This document shows positions 52,301 through 64,000 of a DNA stretch of 64,000 nucleotides, one piece after another; the first letter of the stretch is position 1, and each line of letters opens with the position of its first letter. Source of the DNA: the human T2T-CHM13v2.0 reference genome, Homo sapiens. Under the pieces are notes generated by a model, which made no database searches, was not told where the DNA came from, and was given only the letters and a program-made list of their open reading frames with translations. Position numbers and translations under genes: made by a program. The stretch lies in assembly GCF_009914755.1 (NCBI RefSeq), contig NC_060932.1; one strand, given 5' to 3'.

Positions 52301-53589
52301 TTACCTCTGAGTTTTGTGAAACAAAACAAAACTCATAGAAGCCTTTTTATTTCCTTCCTCAGTTTTCCAAAGGGGCACATACGCAAATAGTCGAGATGGT
52401 CTGAAGACATTTGAACCAGTAACTTGAGGTCCCTTGGGAATGTGCACTCACTCTAATTTACTTTCCTTTCAAATGAGAAGCAGGGGAAGATCTATTCCCA
52501 TGAATGAGTTGTTAGTGACCACACCTGTTGCCTCAGCCTCACGGTTCATCTGATAATTCACTCACTCATTCATTCATTCATTCATTCATTCAATGGATCC
52601 AGGTTGAGTGTATATGTCAGCCATAGTACCAGATACTGGACAACTCAGAACCAGAGGGACCTTGGAAAAGAGCAAAGGTGATCTTCTATAGAGAATCATC
52701 AGGAATTATCCTTGTAAATAATTGTTCATAAATCATCACTAAGGGCAATTGTTTAAAAAGTCAAACTCAAAGTGGTGAAGAACTTAGAGCCTGAAAGGAA
52801 TGTTTCAAAGGAATATTTGAAGAAGTTCATGAAGTACCTAGACCAACAGAATATGTTCATTGAGCGGAAGACAAATGATATTCTGAGAAAACTCTGTCTG
52901 GGACCCCATGGGTAGAAAACAGAAGGCCAACATAATTTCGACTGAAATAGGAATGTCCTCTTTTCTAGAGTCTCATAGCATACTAACGAAGTTTAAATTT
53001 TAAGGACATTTTCTGAGTGTTTTTTTTTTCTTTTGTTCCTCTGTGATGTCATCCCATGGGAGAAATATACATTATTAACAGTACATTTTTGCCACCGGAT
53101 TCATCTTATAGATCACTGGTGCCCACACCACTAAAAGCCACTTCTTCTATACTTGTACTCAGTTAATAGTTCCCTAGTTTGTAGTTATAGTTCTGTGCCA
53201 CAGGCACTAACCACCGTCTCTGAATCAGGAGCTGACAGATATGAGAAAGGTATGAACAAAACCTAAAACCTCATCTAGAAGAAAAACAGCTTCCCAGAGT
53301 CATTATAACAAAGTAATAGTCCTCACCAACAATAAATATCATTTATTTAAAACAAAATTCTATACAAAGCTTTTTGTTGGACAGTTTTCATAGATTATTT
53401 CACTGAATGCTTTTCCTCAGCCCACAAGGTAAAAAGTATTTCGCTTCTTTTATAGATGAGGAAACAAGCTTAAATTGAGTAGTTTGTTTTAAACTAACCA
53501 CACAGCTAGTAAGTGGGTTTAAATGGAGATTTGTCTTACCCCTCAAACTTGAATTCTTACTGACTTATATGATGGTAAACATCTGCTGG

Positions 53590-53825
53590 TGGCTGAGTAC
53601 AGAGCCAGGAGCACTGGAGTTATAGGTCAGAGGACAGAAAATACAAAATGGCAGCCAGGAGAGGCTCTAGATTCCTCTGGAACTAACTCAAGTCCTGTCC
53701 ACAGCACTTACCAGCTGTGTCACCCTAAATAAACCCTCTGAACAATGGTTTTTTCTTGTTTAAATGGGGGCCCACAGTTGTGTATATCTCCCAGGGTCCT
53801 TGTAAATTTTAAATGAGGTGATGCA
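53590..53825 (+). mobile_element. MIR SINE relic
   Basis: CAGCACTTACCAGCTGTGTCACCCTAAATAAACCCTCTG...TAAATGGGG...AAATGAGGTGATGCAT. Confidence 0.6.
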
Positions 53826-53827
53826 TA

Positions 53828-54332
53828 TTGCCTAAGTTTCCTGTTGGTGCTTTAACAAATTACCACAAGCTTAGTGGTTTAAAACAACACAAATTGATTA
53901 CCTCACAGTTCTATAGTTCAGAACTCCAAAATGGACCTTGCTGGCTAAAATCAAGATTTCAGCAGAACTGCATTTCTTCTGGAGGCTTCAGGGAAGAATC
54001 TGTTTCCTCACTTTTCCAGCTTTTGGACAATTTCCACATTCCCTCCATCTTCAAAGCCAGCAATGGCCTGTTGAGTCTCTCTCACATCTTATCGCTTTGA
54101 CATTGACTCTTCTTTTGCCTTCTGCTTTTGCTTTTAAGCACCCTTGAGATTACATTGGGTCTACCCAGATATTCCATAAACATCTTCCTGTTTTAAAGTC
54201 AGCCAGTTCTCCTTTAATGCAACCTAATTCCCCTTTGCCATGCATAGGGCATGGCATATTCAGATTCTAGCCATTCAAATGTGGACATCCTTTGTCTTTT
54301 TGTCCAGGGGTGGAGGCATTATTCTGCTTAGC
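53828..54332 (-). mobile_element. MaLR solo LTR (MLT1C/D-type)
   Basis: TAACAAATTACCACAAGCTTAGTGGTTTAAAACAACACAAATT...GGCATTATTCTGCTTA. Confidence 0.85.
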
Positions 54333-54439
54333 AAAAATATGAAGTATCTTGTGCTTTTAGAGAACTCAATATATAATTTCTGATGTGATTATTGGTATTA
54401 TTTTAATATGCAGATAATATAACATGAATTCATTATCCT

Positions 54440-56090
54440 TATGAAATGCTCAAACAGCTCAAATACACACATATAGTTATGTATATAGTTTTTTCTATAA
54501 CTATATACATGTAAATATATATAGTTATAGCTCCTAATTCCTGAATTCTACTCCCCTCCAAAAGTAACACTATTAAGAGTTTAGCATGCATCCTAATAGA
54601 GTTTTCATTATTTATTCCAGACATATAAGTATTCATATATATACATATATATATAAAAAACCTGCAATGGCATTATATGAGGTTGGTGCAAAAGTAATTG
54701 CATTTTTTTGCTGTTACTTTTAATGCAAAAACCACAATTACTTTTGCACCAACCTAATATCATTTGTATTATTTAGTAACTTGCACTTATCGAACAATAT
54801 TCCCCCTCAGTAAGTGTATCTCTACCTTATTCTTTACTCTATGGTGTCTTATAGTGGAAATATGCTATAATTTATTAAACCACTACCTTCATGGTTTATT
54901 TTAAGGTTTATATCATTTTTGGAATTATAAACAATGCTACAATGAGCATCTTTGTGTACCTTTGCAAATGTAATCCCTAGAAGAGATTTCTTGAGTAGAA
55001 TGGATGTACTAGCTTAAAAATATTATGTAAGTTCTTTAAAACACACACACACACACACATTTCCATTGAATATATAAGTGCAATCAAATTGTACACCCCT
55101 CATCCTCTCTCCTCTGCTCATATCCACACTCTTAACTACCACATTACGTCTCCATGCTAGTAACATGTTCCATCTCCAGTCTGTTGCTAAGCTTGGGTAT
55201 ATAGAGTATAATATAATTCACTGTTACTTTGACTCATGATTCCTTGCTCATCAGCTATATTAAACCACTTTCCATATGTTTATTGGCCACTTAGTTTTGC
55301 TTTTTGGTGAATTATTCATACTGCTTACCTATCATTCTTTGAATTGGTTGTCTTTTCATTATCAATGTGTAAGTGCTTTTTATTAAGGAGACTAAGCCTG
55401 TGTTATCTGTGCTACTTAAACATTTTCTCAGTCTATTAATCTTCTACTGACCTAGTTTTTGATGTATCTTGCATTTTTTTTCTACTTTATGTTGTCCACC
55501 CTATCTTTCCTTTCTTACCGAGCTACTAGGTTTCTGGTCTTCATTAAGGAGGTCTCTTATGCAATTATATTGGTAATATAGCTTTCCAATTGCTCATGAT
55601 ATTTTAGTTTGTTTATAATATCAGAATCCTTTCTGGAACTTATTTTTATATGTGATGTAAAATAAAAATCCAAATACATTTTCTATGCAATGTACAAGTA
55701 CCATTTATTAAATAATACACCACTAAGACTCTAAATTTAAACTATCACCATTACTATACATTACATTTTAAAATATACTAAGATCTACTTTTGAATTTTG
55801 TTCTGTTCTGCTAGTATACTTCTCTATACCACTATGAATACTATAATTCTATTTTAATGGATTTATAGTATGTTCTGATATCTGATAAGATGACTTGACT
55901 TTTTTTTTCCTTTTTTTGACAGTTTACTTAGTTAATCTTAGACATTCATCCTTTTAAAAATATTATTTTTATTCAATTCAAAACAAACATAATATAGTAA
56001 CAAAATAAAAAAATAATATACCAACATCTCATTGGGAGCACAAATGAAATTGCATTCAATTAATATATTTGTTTTAAGAAAGATACTTAT
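54440..56090 (-). mobile_element. Diverged L1M fragment (3' UTR into ORF2)
   Basis: Antisense L1 motifs ATAAACAATGCTACAATGAGCATC, TTCCATATGTTTATTGGCCACTT, GTACCATTTATTAAATA, ATTGCATTCAATT. Confidence 0.65.
54678..54757. mobile_element. MADE1 (Hsmar1-derived MITE), full length; miR-548-like hairpin
   Basis: 80-bp near-palindrome TGAGGTTGGTGCAAAAGTAATTGC...CAATTACTTTTGCACCAACCTAA with TA on both flanks. Confidence 0.95.
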
Positions 56091-56737
56091 TTTCCCTCTT
56101 CCTCAGCCACACAACCCTCAAATTTGAGCTGGGCACGTGGCTACTTGGAATAAAGTCTGTATTAATAGCCTTCTTTGCAGACGAATGAGCTCTGTGCTTA
56201 ATTTCTGGTAATGTTCTCTTTACTCTCAGCAAGCGTCTGGCCTAGATAGGATAAAATGGGTAGTGAGAAAAAGTAGCTATGACTATTAACTTAGACCTTG
56301 TGACTGGCTCGGGAAATGAGGACCTTTACAGCTATGGCTTATGTTCATTAATTATTTATTTCTTCCCTTTACTCCTACTAATTTATTTAAAATACAATAG
56401 TAGGCTTAGTTCAAATCTGTATCACTCTGCTGTTGAGACCTTATATAAAAGACATTTGTCACCTGGAAAAGGGAGAAAGACACTAACGGGCACACATCAT
56501 TATCTGTGTAAATAAGTTCTGTCTCTTCGTATTCCATTCCATGTTTTTCCTTCCCAACAATTGCCCTGAGAAGCTCTCTCACCTGCAAAGAAGGCTATTA
56601 ATACAGACTTTGTTCCAAGTAGCTATGTGCCCAGCTCAAATGTGAGGGTTGTTTGGCAAAGAAAGGAGGAAAATAAATATTTTTCCTAAAATAAATATAT
56701 TAATTGAATGCAATTTCATTCATGCTTCCAATGAGAT
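56026..56737. repeat. Long inverted repeat: 155-bp arms (56026-56180 and 56583-56737) with a 402-bp spacer
   Basis: Manual alignment of one arm to the reverse complement of the other is ungapped, with 138/155 matches. Confidence 0.95.
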
Positions 56738-56759
56738 ATATCAATGAACATCTCTTCTA

Positions 56760-57477
<718 letters not shown>

Positions 57478-57628
57478 ACCCAATCTGCTATAGACAGCAC
57501 CCACGCTGTGTTGATCTTGGTGCCTCCAAATACAGGTCCCTGTAACTATCTCAGCCTCTCTTAAAGATCTTCCTTTGGTTGGTGTATAGTTAGTTTTTTA
57601 TGGCTGAGTAACAAATTAAAACAATCAT

Positions 57629-58093
57629 TGGGAAATAGTTTTCTGGGTAGCCTTGGAGAGACCCAACTCTTCTCTGTCTTTCTCACTTGTAGTTCTCAAT
57701 GTAACTGTGGAATGTACTGGGAATGGAACATCTTGATGTAAGGAGGAGCTAGCAGGATCAGCCTAGACTCTGTTCCAGTTCCCCCCTAGAAACAGGACAT
57801 CCTTGAGTGGGTCAGCCCGGCCAGTCTTGTGACCCTGAGGTACAAAGCCCAAGGTGGGCTGGCTGCAAGAGAGGCACATAGAGATGAGAGTCCATCCACC
57901 CTAGGTAGCTTTCCTGAGTTTTAGGGGCATGGCATTCATTTAGAAGCCTGGATAAACATGAGTCCTAGGCTTCTATTGTCCCTTGCTGCCTGTGTATAAT
58001 TAATAAACCTGCTTCATGTAACTTTGTGTGTGGGTGTTATGTCTCACCTGACTCAGACAAGTCGGTAACCTGCGCCCAGTGAATGCGCTTCAC
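57629..58093 (+). mobile_element. ERVL solo LTR (LTR47-like)
   Basis: TTCTGGGTAGCCTTGG...CTTGTAGTTCTCAA...CCCCCTAGAAACAGGA...AATAAACCTGCTTCATGTAAC...CTTCACA. Confidence 0.75.
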
Positions 58094-58482
58094 AGTGATA
58101 GCAGTTTAACGTCCACCTATTCATTATCTCACAGTTCTGTAGGTCAGAAGTCTGGGCTTGGCATAATTGGCACAATAGTCTTCCATTCAGCTTCTCAGAA
58201 GGCCAAAATCAAGGTATCCTCTGGCTGTCTTCCTGGGAGCTTGGGATCTTCTTCCAGGCTCATTCGTTGTTGGTGGAATTAAATGCCTTGTGGTTATAGG
58301 CTGTGGTTCCATTTCCTTGCTAGTTGTTGGCTGATCCTAACCACAAGGCCTTCTCACAACATAACAGCTACTTCTTCAAAGCCAGCAGGGGAATTTCTCT
58401 CTAGCCCACTATGAGAGAGTTGTAAAAAATATAATGTAGTCACAGGAGGGAGCCTCCCATCATTTTTACTGCACAAAGTGAC

Positions 58483-58874
58483 TGATATAGTTTGGGTATT
58501 TGCTTCTGCCCAAACCTCATGTTGATATTTAATCCCCAGTGTTGGAAGTGGGACCTGGTGTGAGGTGTTTGGGTCATGGGGGAATATCCATGACCCCACT
58601 GTGATCCCTGGATCACAATGAGTGAGTTCTCACAAGATCTGATTGTTTAAAGTGTGTGGAACCTTCCCCACTCTCTCCTGCTGCTGCTCTCACCATGTGA
58701 CGTGCCTGCTCCTGATTCACCTTCCATCATGAGTAAAAGCCTCCTCAGGAGCTGAGCAGATGCCAGCACCATGCTTGTACATGCTACAGAATGATGAGCT
58801 AATAAAACCTCTTTTCTTTATAAATTACCCAGTCTCAGGTATTTCTTTATAGCAATGCAACAAGGACCTAATGC
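58483..58874 (+). mobile_element. MaLR solo LTR (MSTA/B-type)
   Basis: TGATATAGTTTGGGTATTTG...AATAAAACCTCTTTTCTTTATAAATTACCCAGTCTCAGGTATTTCTTTATAGCAATGC. Confidence 0.88.
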
Positions 58875-59826
58875 TGTACTTAATTAAGGGAGTGATATAC
58901 CATTATATTCACACATTTCCCCCAAACTTGAGGGAAGGGACTATACAGAGTATGTGTGCTAGGGATGGGAATCCTGGGGGTCATTTGTGATTCTACTTAC
59001 TATAGTGGTGAAGGGGGTTGGGGGTATCTAACTGCTTCAGATATACCTACAACTAACTTTTCTATTTTATTCATTAGTGTACCCTCAGTTATCTAAGAAA
59101 CCTTTGTCTCAATTAGTCAGCCTTACTGTAGTTCTGTAGTATAAAATGATCTGTTGATAAGCTTTCGCAACTGTTGGCTTAGATGCAGCATTCTTGGGTC
59201 TGATAAGACTTAGTGATTTAGCTTGTCTTGAGATAAATTTTCCAGTCTCCTGCCTGAGAGTGTGGTAAGTTTACACCAGATTGTGTCTCTTCTGTGGTTG
59301 ATTGAGGAAAGAAAGCTGGAGGCCTAATAATCATCAAATAGGCAGACTTTAACTTAATCATTCTACCTTCAGAACAGCACTTCACCTTAATGATTTTCTG
59401 CCTATAACTCCAAGTCTCTCTGGTTTATTATCTTTTCCAGAAAATTGACTCCCTTTCTCCTATGAGGATAGTGCAGGGTGTTGCGTTTCTGCTCCAAGTA
59501 GTGCTGGAAGCTGGGCTTTTAACTGTTTTCTTGTTGTCTATTAATCTAGACTCACCCTTTTGATGTCCCACCTTGTCTTTCCCCTTCAGTGTTCCCACTG
59601 CCCAGTTTCTCAGCTATTGGGGGATTCTGTGAACAAAACTTGCTTGTTTATCTTCAGATTTACATGTTTGGGAATGAGCTCTCCTGCCAACTCCTTTATT
59701 ATCCTTGACTAACAGCTTTTAATTTCCATCTATTGTGCTTTGAAGTTACCTCATTTCCTTGAATATAATGTTTTTGCTTCTGTGTCTACATTGATTATTG
59801 CCTGAGGATGAGTCATTTTCAATTAG

Positions 59827-60202
<376 letters not shown>

Positions 60203-60942
60203 TTGTTTTATTTTTTATTTTATTTTTTGACTGGTAACAGTAGAATTTATTCAAATGTGCCTTACTATAGGCGCTGGAGCTTGTCCGTGGTCCTCTTGAT
60301 ACATAAGGCCCGGACATTCTGCCAGTTTTTCTTGAGCAATGACACCAGGAATTTGACAGCCAGGTGAATGTTATACACAAGCTCATAGTCTGTCATCTTC
60401 ACGTGACCAACAGCCACAGCCAGAGGTAACACCTTCTTCATTTGGAACTTTATCATAAACTTCACCTCGTCCACTTTGGCCACCATGTTTTCCTTGGGTG
60501 TGAGCAGGGAAGGGAACTTTCCTGCCTTATTTAGGCCTGGGCCGAGGACTGGGATCTGCTTGATCAGAGACTCTGAGGCCAAAATTGCATCATACTTCTT
60601 GGCCAGCTTCTTGATCAGTTTCTTATTCCTGTTGAGTTTTTTCAGTGCCTCGATATCCATGTGGGGAATATCCACGGCCTTGGCCTCGTCGCAGTGCTGC
60701 TGCCTCCCCAGGACACACACAGAGAACTTGGGGTGGGGAGTGGACTTAAGTCTGACTGTGCCCGAGAAGCGCTTGTCCTTCTGGGGGTCATAATTCTTTA
60801 AGCTGATCTGCAACTCCACCGTATCCAGGAACTTGTGGCGTTTGTGATGGTTCCTGTGCAGGACTTCCCGCACCGCCTCCTGCAGTGTGTAGCGAGAGAC
60901 TTTGCTACTCATGGCTTCTTGAGCCGGCTAACCGGAAAAGAG
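60203..60942 (-). pseudogene. RPL10A: Processed pseudogene (retrocopy) of 60S ribosomal protein L10a (uL1); ORF 60265-60912 uninterrupted
   Basis: Intronless 215-aa ORF recognisable as RPL10A; 5'TOP CTCTTTTCC leader, GCCATG start, AATAAA (60246-60251 on minus) and degenerate poly(A) at 60203-60228. Confidence 0.96.
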
Positions 60943-61341
60943 CCTGTCATTATTTTATAATAAAGTTCATATAGCATGGCATCTACTCTGGAAGTTTGGG
61001 CTGTTCTTATGGAAAGAGGCTTAAACCCATTGTCTCTGAAGAAATAAGAGTGCTAACAGGATGGCTCTTCATACAAGTGAAACTGAGAATTTGCATGGAT
61101 TACTTGTGTTGGTTTGTTAGTCTACCTGCCCTCTGCAATGCATAAAATCACTTTGCCAAGTCAGTAAAGGCCATTAGAGTTGCTGGAGTGATGATTAGAT
61201 GGGTTTCTGCTTGCGGAGAATTCATATCAGCAATAGATCTGCTGGCAACATTTGTGTTGTTCAACTTTTAGAAAAAAATCAAGTAATAAACATGAATATC
61301 AGTGGTTTGAGTAAGAAATATACAGTATGGTATTTAGGGGT

Positions 61342-61420
61342 AAGAATTCCCATTAGAAAATCCAAAATGGGCTAGGCTGGGGGGAAGAATTCCCATTAGA
61401 AAGTCCAAAATGGGCTAGGC
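61342..61420. repeat. Tandem duplication, period 43 bp
   Basis: AAGAATTCCCATTAGAAA(A/G)TCCAAAATGGGCTAGGC at 61342-61377 and 61385-61420. Confidence 0.95.
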
Positions 61421-63720
61421 ACTTTTTGATTTGCTAAAATAAATCAATTATTAGGGAGCTATTTATTTTATTAAAACATTTTCATTTATTGAAAAGAATG
61501 TCTAAGCTTCTTATTAACACATGTGGGAGACACACAATAGACATCAAGGAACTCACAGGTGGTGCTGTTAACCAAGATGCGCAGGCTAGCTTTTATGTAG
61601 AGGTGGATAAAATTGTAGTGAAGGCTTGAACTAAGCACACTGGATCTCAAACTTGGCTGCAAAACATGAAAACTTAAAAAAAAAGTGAGAATCTCATGGA
61701 TGTGTATGCATGTGGGAGTGTGTGCAAATACACACACACTGATGCCTCAGATCACCTCAAGGAGATGAAACCAGAACTCTGGGGATAAAACTTATGTTCT
61801 AGAATTTTACAATTTGTCTAGCATTTTTAGATAGTTTCAATGTGTAGCTAGCATTGTGAATTGCTGAACTAAGATTACAGTCAACTTTGGAGGAAGATAT
61901 AGATGGGAAGAGAGGTAGTTACTTTTTTTCTGTTTCTACTGATGTTTCATACATTTCAAGAAATCCATTGAGAAAACTCTTTAAACACTTTCTGCTCTCT
62001 CTACTTCCCCTAGGAATAGGAGTGGCAGAGAATTGGCTCTCAGTCACCAAATCTCAGTATCCTACATACAGAATAAAGTGCCTTGCTTTAGAGCAAAGAC
62101 TTGGTCAATTAGCATTAGATAAATTTTCTGTGTTTCCAAAGGTAGAAATATTCTCACCATCCTCCCACTTTAATCAAGCCACCAATTGCCATTTTACCTA
62201 TTTAATTACAGGCTTCCTTTTGAAAGGTTGGCTGCTGAGGAATTAGTTTCCAGGGTCACTGAACCCCTGTGAGCAGCCTCGCCTCTGAATGCCACAGAGG
62301 GTGCTCATTCTCAATTCAAAGGCTTGTCTACTTAGATCTCTGCTTCAAGCTCTGGATGTAGTCAGCCTACAAAACATTGCTCAGAAAGAAAGTTACAAGT
62401 GCTTGATCAGCCCCTGTGAGGATATTGAATTCAGTTCTTATTTTTAATCATGTTTAAAGGTGGGATCTCTTCATTTGTTATGATAAAACCCATCTTTCAT
62501 TCTGAAAAGTAAATCAAAGCAAGAACAAAACAGTGTAATCAGTGCCTCTGATGGTTTATACAGGATATGGAGATATTTCAGAATTGTAAATATGAATGTG
62601 AATTTTTGTATCAGTGTAAACTGATACTGATACTAAGAAAAATTTCCCCCTTCCATTGTCAAAGAGAAGAGAGTTAAAGTTGTTTCTCTCTATCATTGTT
62701 CTTTTCTTCTGACATAAGCAGTTGTTTTAGCCTCTGAAGACTCTGGTAGATATGCATAAACTGATCTGGGTTTCATTCTATTTCACAAATCAATGAACAA
62801 AGCTGTCCTCCTGAAAAATTATTGAAAGCTCTTCATTACAAATGACAATGAAGGAAACTAGAAGAACCAGATGAAGTTCTAAATCCTAAGTGGGTTTTCT
62901 GAGCATCAGAATAGGCTGAGGTAAAATAAATAAATAAAAAATAAAGCCAACTCTGTTTGACTTGCAAATTTGTTATGAAATACATATGGAATGCTTCAAT
63001 GCTGGCTTAACCAGCCCTTCTTCTCTGAAATAATAGTGCAAATTTATTTAGCTTCTTTCCTCCTTGAAGATTCTCAAACATTCTATAAGTTATGAGTAGA
63101 GATGTTCCCTAGAGAGATAGAAAAAGAACATAGCAGAAAGGGGCAGTAAACATTTCCAGCCCTTCAATGATGTTAGAAACTATTTGAATTCAGGATAGTG
63201 ACAATATTCCTTCCTCCAACATATGTATTAGACAGTTTCCCAGGTTTTATAGTTGAATAGTACATGTTGGAATAGTGAGTCACCATACAAAAAAAGTCTT
63301 TATTTAGAATTTTTTGGTAAAAAGGAAGAAAAAACATTTTTTTATATTATTAAAAAAGGGAACAGTTTTCTAAAAAGTGACTACTCTTTGACACTATCTA
63401 ATTTGAAAGAGTTTTGAAAACATTTTGGCACATTTCAATATTTCAGTTGGATTGGAGAAGACATTCTTCAATTAGTAAACATTTATTTCAGAGCCTTCCC
63501 CAAGAGAAAGAGTTGCTCCCTCACTTTGTTTTCTTTTTCTTTAGGAATCTAAGGGAGTGATACATCTTTCTGTCTTATAATCTCTGTAGATCCAAATTCA
63601 CAAATATTTAGCCTATGGAATTCAGCACTATGTTTTGTGTTTTGCTCAAATTGGATTTCAGTGAGCTTTTCTAGAACAAGTTGGATCTTTATCTCCTTCC
63701 TTTCCTGGACTTGAAGGCTT

Positions 63721-64000
63721 TGTAATCACCCAATTGGGTTCTTCTTGCCTTCTGCCCAGAAAAAGCTAATACACTGAGAACAGCAGGAATGTTTGCAGTA
63801 AAGAAAGAGTTTAATGATCACAGGGCCAGCCAAGTGGAAGGACAGGAGATAATTCTCAAATCTGCCTCTCCAAGAATTTGGGGACTAGGGGTTTTCAAGG
63901 ATAGCTTGGCAGTCAGAGGACTAGGGAATGAGGATTGCTGATGAGGTGGGTCTGGGATGAAATCATAGGGGGTTGACACTGTCTTATTGTGCTGAGTCAG
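63721..64000 (-). mobile_element. ERV1 LTR (LTR8-family-like), runs off the window
   Basis: TGTAATCACCCAATTGGGTTCTTCTTGCC...TTGCAGTAAAGAAAGAGTTTAAT...CTCAAATC...GGATGAAATCATAGG. Confidence 0.75.

Larger units (their letters stand above)
57583..59003 (-). mobile_element. MaLR LTR (MLT1D/E-type) split by two younger LTRs
   Basis: Pieces at 57583-57625, 58095-58480 and 58875-59003 are colinear with reverse MLT1 (GTAACAAATT...ATTATCTCACAGTTCTGTAGGTCAGAAGTC...GGGAATCCTGGGGGTCAT). Confidence 0.7.

Noticed and set aside
60476-60793. 105-aa plus-strand ORF
   Set aside because: It is the antisense shadow of the RPL10A retrocopy ORF.
61887-62246. 119-aa ORF and other 60-110-aa ORFs in unique sequence
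   Set aside because: Many start at non-ATG codons, none has a recognisable domain, and their lengths are as expected by chance.
62289-62308. CTCF-like word GCCACAGAGGGTGCT
   Set aside because: It has several mismatches at informative core positions and is not supportable without ChIP data.

Overview
This is primate, most likely human, AT-rich nuclear DNA that reads as intergenic or deep-intronic. There is no CpG island, no recognisable multi-exon protein-coding gene, and no rRNA, tRNA or CRISPR array. It is dominated by interspersed repeats: about 11 Alus, a ~6.1-kb L1PA missing its 3' end (34607-40686), an old L1MC-type element with an internal deletion (12728-17060), other L1 fragments, many solo LTRs (MaLR MLT1/MST, MLT2A, LTR33/LTR47/LTR8-like), MIR/L2 relics and DNA-transposon MITEs (MADE1, MER3/33, MER91). 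The only host-gene-derived coding sequence is a full-length processed copy of RPL10A on the minus strand, with an uninterrupted 215-codon ORF, a 5'TOP leader, AATAAA and a poly(A) remnant. The most unusual structure is a 155-bp, ~89%-identical, ungapped inverted duplication around a 402-bp spacer (56026-56737) that I cannot assign to a single known repeat. There are also a few cryptic exon candidates, including a possible 6-nt microexon. I see no evidence of a novel multi-gene system. Repeat subfamily names come from recalled consensus sequences and need RepeatMasker/Dfam confirmation.
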